Source of the DNA: Auanema rhodensis
Lineage: Eukaryota; Animalia; Nematoda
Direction: 5' to 3'
NCBI GenBank assembly: GCA_964057225.1
Contig: OZ059898.1
Location: 18,848,001-18,912,000, forward strand
DNA length: 64,000 nt
The translations under genes were made by a program, and so were the position numbers. A model generated the notes under the pieces. That model did not search any database and was not told where the DNA came from. It was given only the letters and a program-made list of their open reading frames with translations. Positions 29,401 to 43,300 of the stretch are shown here, piece after piece (positions within the stretch are counted from its first letter, which is position 1; each line of letters begins with the position of its first letter).

Positions 29401-32400
29401 TAAGTGTACACGTGATGTGCACTTGGTATGTAACTCGCTTCACGTGAAAGATAAAGAGATGCGGTTTTCAAAATTAGATTCCCCATGTCCATATTAGTCT
29501 AAAAACATATTTTTATTGATATTGGTGCATGGTAACCATGACTTTGAAATTTACGTGAATTTTAATTTATGCTAATTAAGTGTACACATGATGTGCACTT
29601 GGTATGTAACTCGCTTCACGTGAAAGATAAAGTGATGCGGTTTTCAAAATTAGATTCCGCATGTCCATATTAGTCTAAAAACAAATTTTTATTGATATTG
29701 GTGCATGGTAACCATGACTTTGAAATTTACGTGAACTTTAATTTATGCTAATTAAGTGTACACGTGATGTGCACTTGGTATGTAACTCGCTTCACGTGAA
29801 AGATAAAGAGATGCGGTTTTCAAAATTAGATTCCCCATGTCCATATTAGTCTAAAAACAAATTTTTATTGATATTGGTGCATGGTAACCATGACTTTGAA
29901 ATTTACGTGAACTTTAATTTATGCTAATTAAGTGTACACATGATGTGCACTTGGTATGTAACTCGCTTCACGAGAAAGATAAAAAGATGCGGTTTTCAAA
30001 TTTCGATTTCGCGTGTCCATAGTAGTCTAAAAACAAATTTTTATTGATATTGGTGCATGGTAACCATGACTTTGAAATTTACGTGAACTTTAATTTATGC
30101 TAATTAAGTGTACACGTGATGTGCACTTGGTATGTAACTCGCTTCACGTGAAAGATAAAGAGATGCGGTTTTCAAAATTAGATTCCGCATGTCCATAGTA
30201 GTCTAAAAACAAATTTTTATTGATATTGGTGCATGGTAACCATGACTTTGAAATTTACGTGAACTTTAATTTATGCTAATTAAGTGTACACGTGATGTGC
30301 ACTTGGTATGTAACTCGCTTCACGTGAAAGATAAAGAGATGCGGTTTTCAAAATTAGATTCCCCATGTCCATATTAGTCTAAAAACATATTTTTATTGAT
30401 ATTGGTGCATGGTAACCATGACTTTGAAATTTACGTGAATTTTAATTTATGCTAATTAAGTGTACACATGATGTGCACTTGGTATGTAACTCGCTTCACG
30501 TGAAAGATAAAGTGATGCGGTTTTCAAAATTAGATTCCGCATGTCCATATTAGTCTAAAAACAAATTTTTATTGATATTGGTGCATGGTAACCATGACTT
30601 TGAAATTTACGTGAACTTTAATTTATGCTAATTAAGTGTACACGTGATGTGCACTTGGTATGTAACTCGCTTCACGTGAAAGATAAAGAGATGCGGTTTC
30701 CAAATTAGATTCCCCATGTCCATATTAGTCTAAAAACAAATTCTTATTGATATTGGTGCATGGTAACCATGACTTTAAAATTTACGTGTACTTTAATTTA
30801 TGCTAATTAAGTGAACACATGATGTGCACTTGGTATGTAAGTCGCTTCACGTGAAAGATAAAGAGATGCGGTTTTCAAAATTAGATTCCGCATGTCCATA
30901 TTAGTCTAAAAACAAATTTTTATTGATATATGTGCATGGTAAACATGACTTTGAAGTTTACGTGAACTTTAATTTATGCTAATTAAGTGTACACGTGATG
31001 TGCACTTGGTATGTAACTCGCTTCACGTGAAAGATAAAGAGATGCGGTTTTCAAAATTAGATTCCCCATGTCCATATTAGTCTAAAATCAAATTTTTATT
31101 GATATTGGTGCATGGTAACCATGACTTTGAAATTTACGTGAACTTTAATTTATGCTAATTAAGTGTACACGTGATGTGCACTTGGAATGTAACTCGCTTC
31201 ACGTGAAAGATAAAGAGATGCGGTTTTCAAAATTAGATTCCCCATGTCCATATTAGTCTAAAAACAAATTTTTATTGATATTGGTGCATGGTAACCATGA
31301 CTTTGAAATTTACGTGAACTTTAATTTATGCTAATTAAGTGTACACGTGATGTGCACTTGGTATGTAACTCGCTTCACGTGAAAGATAAAGAGATGCGGT
31401 TTTCAAAATTAGATTCCTCATGTTCATATTAGTCTAAAAACGAATTTTTATTGATATTGATGCATGGTAACCATGACTTTAAAATTTACGTGAACTTTAA
31501 TTTATGCTAATTAAGTGTACACATGATGTGCACTTGGTATGTAACTCGCTTCACGTGAAAGATAAAGTGATGCGGTTTTCAAAATTAGATTCCGCATGTC
31601 CATATTAGTCTAAAAACAAATTTTTATTGATATTGGTGCATGGTAACCATGACTTTGAAATTTACGTGAACTTTAATTTATGCTAATTAAGTGTACACGT
31701 GATGTGCACTTGGTATGTAAGTCGCTTCACGTGAAAGATAAAGAGATGCGGTTTTCAAAATTAGATTCCCCATGTCCATATTAGTCTAAAAACAAATTTT
31801 TATTGATATTGGTGCATGGCAACCATGACTTTAAAATTTACGTGTACTTTAATTTATGCTAATTAAGTGTACACGTGATGTGCACTTGGAATGTAACTCG
31901 CTTCACGTGAAAGATAAATGGATGCGGTTTTCAAAATTAGATTCCTCATGTTCATATTAGTCTAAAAACGAATTTTTATTGATATTGATGCATGGTAACC
32001 ATGACTTTAAAATTTACGTGAACTTTAATTTATGCTAATTAAGTGTACACATGATGTGCACTTTGTATGTAACTCGCTTCACGAGAAAGATAAAAAGATG
32101 CGGTTTTCAAAATTAGATTCCCCATGTCCATATTAGTCTAAAAACAAATTTTTATTGATATTGGTGCATGGTAACCATGACTTTGAAATTAACGTGAACT
32201 TTAATTTATGCTAATTAAGTGTACACATGATGTGCACTTGGTATGTAACTCGCTTCACGAGAAAGATAAAAAGATGCGGTTTTCAAATTTAGATTTCGCG
32301 TGTCCATATTAGTCTAAAAACAAATTTTAATTGATATTGGTGCATGGTAACCATGACTTTGAAATTTACGTGAACTTTAATTTATGCTAATTAAGTGTAC

Positions 32401-34317
32401 ACGTGATGTGCACTTGGTATGTAACTCGCTTCACGTGAAAGATAAAGAGATGCGGTTTTCAAAATTAGATTCCTCATGTTCATATTAGTCTAAAAACGAA
32501 TTTTTATTGATATTGATGCATGGTAACCATGACTTTAAAATTTACGTGAACTTTAATTTATGCTAATTAAGTGTACACATGATGTGCACTTGGTATGTAA
32601 CTCGCTTCACGTGAAAGATAAAGAGATGCGGTTTTCAAAATTAGATTCCCCATGTCCATATTAGTCTAAAAACAAATTCTTATTGATATTGGTGCATGGT
32701 AACCATGACTTTGAAATTTACGTGAACTTTAATTTATGCTAATTAAGTGTACATGTGATGTGCACTTGGTATGTAAGTCGCTTCACGTGAAAGATAAAGA
32801 GATGCGGTTTTCAAAATTAGATTCCCCATGTCCATATTAGTCTAAAAACAAATTTTTATTGATATTGGTGCATGGTAACCATGACTTTGAAATTTACGTG
32901 AACTTTAATTTATGCTAATTAAATGTACACGTGATGTGCACTTGGTATGTAACTCGCTTCACGTGAAAGATAAAGAGATGCGGTTTTCAAAATTAGATTC
33001 CCCATGTCCATAGTAGTCTAAAAACAAATTTTTATTGATATTGGTGCATGGTAACCATGACTTTGAAATTTACGTGAACTTTAATTTATGCTAATTAAGT
33101 GTACACGTGATGTGCACTTGGTATGTAACTCGCTTCACGTGAAAGATAAAGAGATGCGGTTTTCAAAATTAGATTCCGCATGTCCATAGTAGTCTAAAAA
33201 CAAATTTTTATTGATATTGGTGCATGGTAACCATGACTTTGAAATTTACGTGAACTTTAATTTATGCTAATTAAGTGTACACGTGATGTGCACTTGGTAT
33301 GTAACTCGCTTCACGTGAAAGATAAAGAGATGCGGTTTTCAAAATTAGATTCCCCATGTCCATATTAGTCTAAAAACATATTTTTATTGATATTGGTGCA
33401 TGGTAACCATGACTTTGAAATTTACGTGAATTTTAATTTATGCTAATTAAGTGTACACATGATGTGCACTTGGTATGTAACTCGCTTCACGTGAAAGATA
33501 AAGTGATGCGGTTTTCAAAATTAGATTCCGCATGTCCATATTAGTCTAAAAACAAATTTTTATTGATATTGGTGCATGGTAACCATGACTTTGAAATTTA
33601 CGTGAACTTTAATTTATGCTAATTAAGTGTACACGTGATGTGCACTTGGTATGTAACTCGCTTCACGTGAAAGATAAAGAGATGCGGTTTCCAAATTAGA
33701 TTCCCCATGTCCATATTAGTCTAAAAACAAATTCTTATTGATATTGGTGCATGGTAACCATGACTTTAAAATTTACGTGTACTTTAATTTATGCTAATTA
33801 AGTGAACACATGATGTGCACTTGGTATGTAAGTCGCTTCACGTGAAAGATAAAGAGATACGGTTTTCAAAATTAGATTCCGCATGTCCATATTAGTCTAA
33901 AAACAAATTTTTATTGATATATGTGCATGGTAAACATGACTTTGAAGTTTACGTGAACTTTAATTTATGCTAATTAAGTGTACACGTGAAGTGCACTTGG
34001 TATGTAACTCGCTTCACGTGGAAGATAAAGAGATGCGGTTTTCAAAATTAGATTCCCCATGTCCATATTAGTCTAAAAACAAATTTTTATTGATATTGGT
34101 GCATGGTAACCATGACTTTGAAATTTACGTGAACTTTAATTTATGCTAATTAAGTGTACACGTGAAGTGCACTTGGTATGTAACTCGCTTCACGTGAAAG
34201 ATAAAGAGATGCGGTTTTCAAAATTAGATTCCCCATGTCCATATTAGTCTAAAAACAAATTTTTATTGATATTGGTGCATGGTAACCATGACTTTGAAAT
34301 TTACGTGAACTTTAATT

Positions 34318-37300
34318 TATGCTAATTAAGTGTACACGTGATGTGCACTTGGTATGTAACTCGCTTCACGTGAAAGATAAAGAGATGCGGTTTTCAAAAT
34401 TAGATTCCTCATGTTCATATTAGTCTAAAAACGAATTTTTATTGATATTGATGCATGGTAACCATGACTTTAAAATTTACGTGAACTTTAATTTATGCTA
34501 ATTAAGTGTACACATGATGTGCACTTGGTATGTAACTCGCTTCACGTGAAAGATAAAGTGATGCGGTTTTCAAAATTAGATTCCGCATGTCCATATTAGT
34601 CTAAAAACAAATTTTTATTGATATTGGTGCATGGTAACCATGACTTTGAAATTTACGTGAACTTTAATTTATGCTAATTAAGTGTACACGTGATGTGCAC
34701 TTGGTATGTAAGTCGCTTCACGTGAAAGATAAAGAGATGCGGTTTTCAAAATTAGATTCCCCATGTCCATATTAGTCTAAAAACAAATTTTTATTGATAT
34801 TGGTGCATGGCAACCATGACTTTAAAATTTACGTGTACTTTAATTTATGCTAATTAAGTGTACACGTGATGTGCACTTGGAATGTAACTCGCTTCACGTG
34901 AAAGATAAATGGATGCGGTTTTCAAAATTAGATTCCTCATGTTCATATTAGTCTAAAAACGAATTTTTATTGATATTGATGCATGGTAACCATGACTTTA
35001 AAATTTACGTGAACTTTAATTTATGCTAATTAAGTGTACACATGATGTGCACTTTGTATGTAACTCGCTTCACGAGAAAGATAAAAAGATGCGGTTTTCA
35101 AAATTAGATTCCCCATGTCCATATTAGTCTAAAAACAAATTTTTATTGATATTGGTGCATGGTAACCATGACTTTGAAATTTACGTGAACTTTAATTTAT
35201 GCTAATTAAGTGTACACATGATGTGCACTTGGTATGTAACTCGCTTCACGAGAAAGATAAAAAGATGCGGTTTTCAAATTTAGATTTCGCGTGTCCATAT
35301 TAGTCTAAAAACAAATTTTAATTGATATTGGTGCATGGTAACCATGACTTTGAAATTTACGTGAACTTTAATTTATGCTAATTAAGTGTACACGTGATGT
35401 GCACTTGGTATGTAACTCGCTTCACGTGAAAGATAAAGAGATGCGGTTTTCAAAATTAGATTCCTCATGTTCATATTAGTCTAAAAACGAATTTTTATTG
35501 ATATTGATGCATGGTAACCATGACTTTAAAATTTACGTGAACTTTAATTTATGCTAATTAAGTGTACACATGATGTGCACTTGGTATGTAACTCGCTTCA
35601 CGTGAAAGATAAAGAGATGCGGTTTTCAAAATTAGATTCCCCATGTCCATATTAGTCTAAAAACAAATTCTTATTGATATTGGTGCATGGTAACCATGAC
35701 TTTGAAATTTACGTGAACTTTAATTTATGCTAATTAAGTGTACATGTGATGTGCACTTGGTATGTAAGTCGCTTCACGTGAAAGATAAAGAGATGCGGTT
35801 TTCAAAATTAGATTCCCCATGTCCATATTAGTCTAAAAACAAATTTTCATTGATATTGGTGCATGGCAACCATGACTTTAAAATTTACGTGTACTTTAAT
35901 TTATGCTAATTAAGTGTACACGTGATGTGCACTTGGAATGTAACTCGCTTCACGTGAAAGATAAATGGATGCGGTTTTCAAAATTAGATTCCTCATGTTC
36001 ATATTAGTCTAAAAACGAATTTTTATTGATATTGATGCATGGTAACCATGACTTTAAAATTTACGTGAACTTTAATTTATGCTAATTAAGTGTACACATG
36101 ATGTGCACTTGGTATGTAACTCGCTTCACGTGAAAGATAAAGTGATGCGGTTTTCAAATTTCGATTTCGCGTGTCCATATTAGTCTAAAAACGAATTTTT
36201 ATTGATATTGGTGCATGGTAACCATGACTTTGAAATTTACGTGAACTTTAATTTATGCTAATTAAGTGTACACGTGATGTGCACTTGGTATGTAAGTCGC
36301 TTCACGTGAAAGATAAAGAGATGCGGTTTTCAAAATTAGATTCCCCATGTCCATATTAGTCTAAAAACAAATTTTTATTGATATTGGTGCATGGCAACCA
36401 TGACTTTAAAATTTACGTGTACTTTAATTCATGCTAATTAAGTGTACACGTGATGTGCACTTGGAATGTAACTCGCTTCACGTGAAAGATAAATGGATGC
36501 GGTTTTCAAAATTAGATTCCTCATGTTCATATTAATCTAAAAACGAATTTTTATTGATATTGATGCATGGTAACCATGACTTTAAAATTTACGTGAACTT
36601 TAATTTATGCTAATTAAGTGTACACATGATGTGCACTTGGTATGTAACTCGCTTCACGAGAAAGATAAAAAGATGCGGTTTTCAAATTTAGATTTCGCGT
36701 GTCCATATTAGTCTAAAAACAAATTTTTATTGATATTGGTGCATGGTAACCATGACTTTGAAATTTACGTGAACTTTAATTTATGCTAATTAAGTGTACA
36801 CGTGATGTGCACTTGGTATGTAAGTCGCTTCACGTGAAAGATAAAGAGATGCGGTTTTCAAAATTAGATTCCCCATGTCCATATTAGTCTAAAAACAAAT
36901 TTTTATTGATATTGGTGCATGGCAACCATGACTTTAAAATTTACGTGTACTTTAATTTATGCTAATTAAGTGTACACGTGATGTGCACTTGGTATGTAAC
37001 TCGCTTCACGTGAAAGATAAAGAGATGCGGTTTTCAAAATTAGATTCCCCATGTCCATATTAGTCTAAAAACAAATTTTTATTGATATTGGTGCATGGTA
37101 ACCATGACTTTAAAATTTACGTGTACTTTAATTTATGCTAATTAAGTGTACACGTGATGTGCACTTGGTATGTAACTCGCTTCACGTGAAAGATAAAGAG
37201 ATGCGGTTTTCAAAATTAGATTCCCCATGTCCATATTAGTCTAAAAACATATTTTTATTGATATTGGTGCATGGTAACCATGACTTTGAAATTTACGTGA

Positions 37301-40300
37301 ATTTTAATTTATGCTAATTAAGTGTACACATGATGTGCACTTGGTATGTAACTCGCTTCACGTGAAAGATAAAGTGATGCGGTTTTCAAAATTAGATTCC
37401 GCATGTCCATATTAGTCTAAAAACAAATTTTTATTGATATTGGTGCATGGTAACCATGACTTTGAAATTTACGTGAACTTTAATTTATGCTAATTAAGTG
37501 TACACGTGATGTGCACTTGGTATGTAACTCGCTTCACGTGAAAGATAAAGAGATGCGGTTTCCAAATTAGATTCCCCATGTCCATATTAGTCTAAAAACA
37601 AATTCTTATTGATATTGGTGCATGGTAACCATGACTTTAAAATTTACGTGTACTTTAATTTATGCTAATTAAGTGAACACATGATGTGCACTTGGTATGT
37701 AAGTCGCTTCACGTGAAAGATAAAGAGATGCGGTTTTCAAAATTAGATTCCGCATGTCCATATTAGTCTAAAAACAAATTTTTATTGATATATGTGCATG
37801 GTAAACATGACTTTGAAGTTTACGTGAACTTTAATTTATGCTAATTAAGTGTACACGTGATGTGCACTTGGTATGTAACTCGCTTCACGTGAAAGATAAA
37901 GAGATGCGGTTTTCAAAATTAGATTCCCCATGTCCATATTAGTCTAAAATCAAATTTTTATTGATATTGGTGCATGGTAACCATGACTTTGAAATTTACG
38001 TGAACTTTAATTTATGCTAATTAAGTGTACACGTGATGTGCACTTGGAATGTAACTCGCTTCACGTGAAAGATAAAGAGATGCGGTTTTCAAAATTAGAT
38101 TCCCCATGTCCATATTAGTCTAAAAACAAATTTTTATTGATATTGGTGCATGGTAACCATGACTTTGAAATTTACGTGAACTTTAATTTATGCTAATTAA
38201 GTGTACACGTGATGTGCACTTGGTATGTAACTCGCTTCACGTGAAAGATAAAGAGATGCGGTTTTCAAAATTAGATTCCTCATGTTCATATTAGTCTAAA
38301 AACGAATTTTTATTGATATTGATGCATGGTAACCATGACTTTAAAATTTACGTGAACTTTAATTTATGCTAATTAAGTGTACACATGATGTGCACTTGGT
38401 ATGTAACTCGCTTCACGTGAAAGATAAAGTGATGCGGTTTTCAAAATTAGATTCCGCATGTCCATATTAGTCTAAAAACAAATTTTTATTGATATTGGTG
38501 CATGGTAACCATGACTTTGAAATTTACGTGAACTTTAATTTATGCTAATTAAATGTACACGTGATGTGCACTTGGTATGTAAGTCGCTTCACGTGAAAGA
38601 TAAAGAGATGCGGTTTTCAAAATTAGATTCCCCATGTCCATATTAGTCTAAAAACAAATTTTTATTGATATTGGTGCATGGCAACCATGACTTTAAAACT
38701 TACGTGTACTTTAATTTATGCTAATTAAGTGTACACGTGATGTGCACTTGGAATGTAACTCGCTTCACGTGAAAGATAAATGGATGCGGTTTTCAAAATT
38801 AGATTCCTCATGTTCATATTAGTCTAAAAACGAATTTTTATTGATATTGATGCATGGTAACCATGACTTTAAAATTTACGTGAACTTTAATTTATGCTAA
38901 TTAAGTGTACACATGATGTGCACTTGGTATGTAACTCGCTTCACGTGAAAGATAAAGTGATGCGGTTTTCAAAATTAGATTCCGCATGTCCATATTAGTC
39001 TAAAAACAAATTTTTATTGATATTGGTGCATGGTAACCATGACTTTGAAATTTACGTGAACTTTAATTCATGCTAATTAAATGTACACGTGATGTGCACT
39101 TGGTATGTAAGTCGCTTCACGTGAAAGATAAAGAGATGCGGTTTTCAAAATTAGATTCCCCATGTCCATATTAGTCTAAAAACAAATTTTTATTGATATT
39201 GGTGCATGGCAACCATGACTTTAAAACTTACGTGTACTTTAATTTATGCTAATTAAGTGTACACGTGATGTGCACTTGGAATGTAACTCGCTTCACGTGA
39301 AAGATAAATGGATGCGGTTTTCAAAATTAGATTCCTCATGTTCATATTAGTCTAAAAACGAATTTTTATTGATATTGATGCATGGTAACCATGACTTTAA
39401 AATTTACGTGAACTTTAATTTATGCTAATTAAGTGTACACATGATGTGCACTTTGTATGTAACTCGCTTCACGAGAAAGATAAAAAGATGCGGTTTTCAA
39501 AATTAGATTCCCCATGTCCATATTAGTCTAAAAACAAATTTTTATTGATATTGGTGCATGGTAACCATGACTTTGAAATTTACGTGAACTTTAATTTATG
39601 CTAATTAAGTGTACACATGATGTGCACTTGGTATGTAACTCGCTTCACGAGAAAGATAAAAAGATGCGGTTTTCAAATTTAGATTTCGCGTGTCCATATT
39701 AGTCTAAAAACAAATTTTAATTGATATTGGTGCATGGTAACCATGACTTTGAAATTTACGTGAACTTTAATTTATGCTAATTAAGTGTACACGTGATGTG
39801 CACTTGGTATGTAACTCGCTTCACGTGAAAGATAAAGAGATGCGGTTTTCAAAATTAGATTCCTCATGTTCATATTAGTCTAAAAACGAATTTTCATTGA
39901 TATTGATGCATGGTAACCATGACTTTAAAATTTACGTGAACTTTAATTTATGCTAATTAAGTGTACACATGATGTGCACTTGGTATGTAACTCGCTTCAC
40001 GTGAAAGATAAAGAGATGCGGTTTTCAAAATTAGATTCCCCATGTCCATATTAGTCTAAAAACAAATTTTTATTGATATTGGTGCATGGCAACCATGACT
40101 TTAAAATTTACGTGTACTTTAATTTATGCTAATTAAGTGTACACGTGATGTGCACTTGGAATGTAACTCGCTTCACGTGAAAGATAAATGGATGCGGTTT
40201 TCAAAATTAGATTCCTCATGTTCATATTAGTCTAAAAACGAATTTTTATTGATATTGATGCATGGTAACCATGACTTTAAAATTTACGTGAACTTTAATT

Positions 40301-43300
40301 TATGCTAATTAAGTGTACACATGATGTGCACTTGGTATGTAACTCGCTTCACGAGAAAGATAAAAAGATGCGGTTTTCAAATTTCGATTTCGCGTGTCCA
40401 TATTAGTCTAAAAACAAATTCTTATTGATATTGGTGCATGGTAACCATGACTTTGAAATTTACGTGAACTTTAATTTATGCTAATTAAGTGTACACGTGA
40501 TGTGCACTTGGTATGTAAGTCGCTTCACGTGAAAGATAAAGAGATGCGGTTTTCAAAATTAGATTCCCCATGTCCATATTAGTCTAAAAACAAATTTTTA
40601 TTGATATTGGTGCATGGCAACCATGACTTTAAAATTTACGTGTACTTTAATTCATGCTAATTAAGTGTACACGTGATGTGCACTTGGAATGTAACTCGCT
40701 TCACGTGAAAGATAAATGGATGCGGTTTTCAAAATTAGATTCCTCATGTTCATATTAGTCTAAAAACGAATTTTTATTGATATTGATGCATGGTAACCAT
40801 GACTTTAAAATTTACGTGAACTTTAATTTATGCTAATTAAGTGTACACATGATGTGCACTTGGTATGTAACTCGCTTCACGAGAAAGATAAAAAGATGCG
40901 GTTTTCAAATTTAGATTTCGCGTGTCCATATTAGTCTAAAAACAAATTTTTATTGATATTGGTGCATGGTAACCATGACTTTGAAATTTACGTGAACTTT
41001 AATTTATGCTAATTAAGTGTACACGTGATGTGCACTTAGTATGTAAGTCGCTTCACGTGAAAGATAAAGAGATGCGGTTTTCAAAATTAGATTCCCCATG
41101 TCCATATTAGTCTAAAAACAAATTTTTATTGATATTGGTGCATGGCAACCATGACTTTAAAATTTACGTGTACTTTAATTTATGCTAATTAAGTGTACAC
41201 GTGATGTGCACTTGGTATGTAACTCGCTTCACGTGAAAGATAAAGAGATGCGGTTTTCAAAATTAGATTCCCCATGTCCATATTAGTCTAAAAACAAATT
41301 TTTATTGATATTGGTGCATGGTAACCATGACTTTGAAATTTACGTGAACTTTAATTTATGCTAATTAAGTGTACACATGATGTGCACTTGGTATGTAACT
41401 CGCTTCACGAGAAAGATAAAAAGATGCGGTTTTCAAATTTAGATTTCGCGTGTCCATATTAGTCTAAAAACAAATTTTTATTGATATTGGTGCATGGTAA
41501 CCATGACTTTGAAATTTACGTGAACTTTAATTTATGCTAATTAAGTGTACACGTGATGTGCACTTGGTATGTAACTCGCTTCACGTGAAAGATAAAGAGA
41601 TGCGGTTTTCAAAATTAGATTCCTCATGTTCATATTAGTCTAAAAACAAATTTTTATTGATATTGATGCATGGTAACCATGACTTTAAAATTTACGTGAA
41701 CTTTAATTTATGCTAATTAAGTGTACACATGATGTGCACTTGGTATGTAACTCGCTTCACGTCAAAGATAAAGAGATGCGGTTTTCAAAATTAGATTCCC
41801 CATGTCCATATTAGTCTAAAAACAAATTTTTATTGATATTGGTGCATGGTAACCATGACTTTGAAATTTACGTGAACTTTAATTTATGCTAATTAAGTGT
41901 ACACATGATGTGCACTTGGTATGTAACTCGCTTCACGTGAAAGATAAAGAGATGAGGTTTTCAAAATTAGATTCCCCATGTCCATATTAGTCTAAAAACA
42001 AATTTTTATTGATATTGGTGCATGGTAACCATGACTTTGAAATTTACGTGAACTTTAATTTATGCTAATTAAGTGTACACGTGATGTGCACTTGGTATGT
42101 AACTCGCTTCACGTGAAAGATAAAGAGATGCGGTTTTCAAAATTAGATTCCCCATGTCCATATTAGTCTAAAAACATATTTTTATTGATATTGGTGCATG
42201 GTAACCATGACTTTGAAATTTACGTGAATTTTAATTTATGCTAATTAAGTGTACACATGATGTGCACTTGGTATGTAACTCGCTTCACGTGAAAGATAAA
42301 GTGATGCGGTTTTCAAAATTAGATTCCGCATGTCCATATTAGTCTAAAAACAAATTTTTATTGATATTGGTGCATGGTAACCATGACTTTGAAATTTACG
42401 TGAACTTTAATTTATGCTAATTAAGTGTACACGTGATGTGCACTTGGTATGTAACTCGCTTCACGTGAAAGATAAAGAGATGCGGTTTTCAAAATTAGAT
42501 TCCCCATGTCCATATTAGTCTAAAAACAAATTTTTATTGATATTGGTGCATGGTAACCATGACTTTGAAATTTACGTGAACTTTAATTTATGCTAATTAA
42601 GTGTACACATGATGTGCACTTGGTATGTAACTCGCTTCACGAGAAAGATAAAAAGATGCGGTTTTCAAATTTCGATTTCGCGTGTCCATATTAGTCTAAA
42701 AACAAATTTTTATTGATATTGGTGCATGGTAACCATGACTTTGAAATTTACGTGAACTTTAATTTATGCTAATTAAGTGTACACGTGATGTGCACTTGGT
42801 ATGTAACTCGCTTCACGTGAAAGATAAAGAGATGCGGTTTTCAAAATTAGATTCCGCATGTCCATAGTAGTCTAAAAACAAATTTTTATTGATATTGGTG
42901 CATGGTAACCATGACTTTGAAATTTACGTGAACTTTAATTTATGCTAATTAAGTGTACACGTGATGTGCACTTGGTATGTAACTCGCTTCACGTGAAAGA
43001 TAAAGAGATGCGGTTTTCAAAATTAGATTCCCCATGTCCATATTAGTCTAAAAACATATTTTTATTGATATTGGTGCATGGTAACCATGACTTTGAAATT
43101 TACGTGAATTTTAATTTATGCTAATTAAGTGTACACATGATGTGCACTTGGTATGTAACTCGCTTCACGTGAAAGATAAAGTGATGCGGTTTTCAAAATT
43201 AGATTCCGCATGTCCATATTAGTCTAAAAACAAATTTTTATTGATATTGGTGCATGGTAACCATGACTTTGAAATTTACGTGAACTTTAATTTATGCTAA

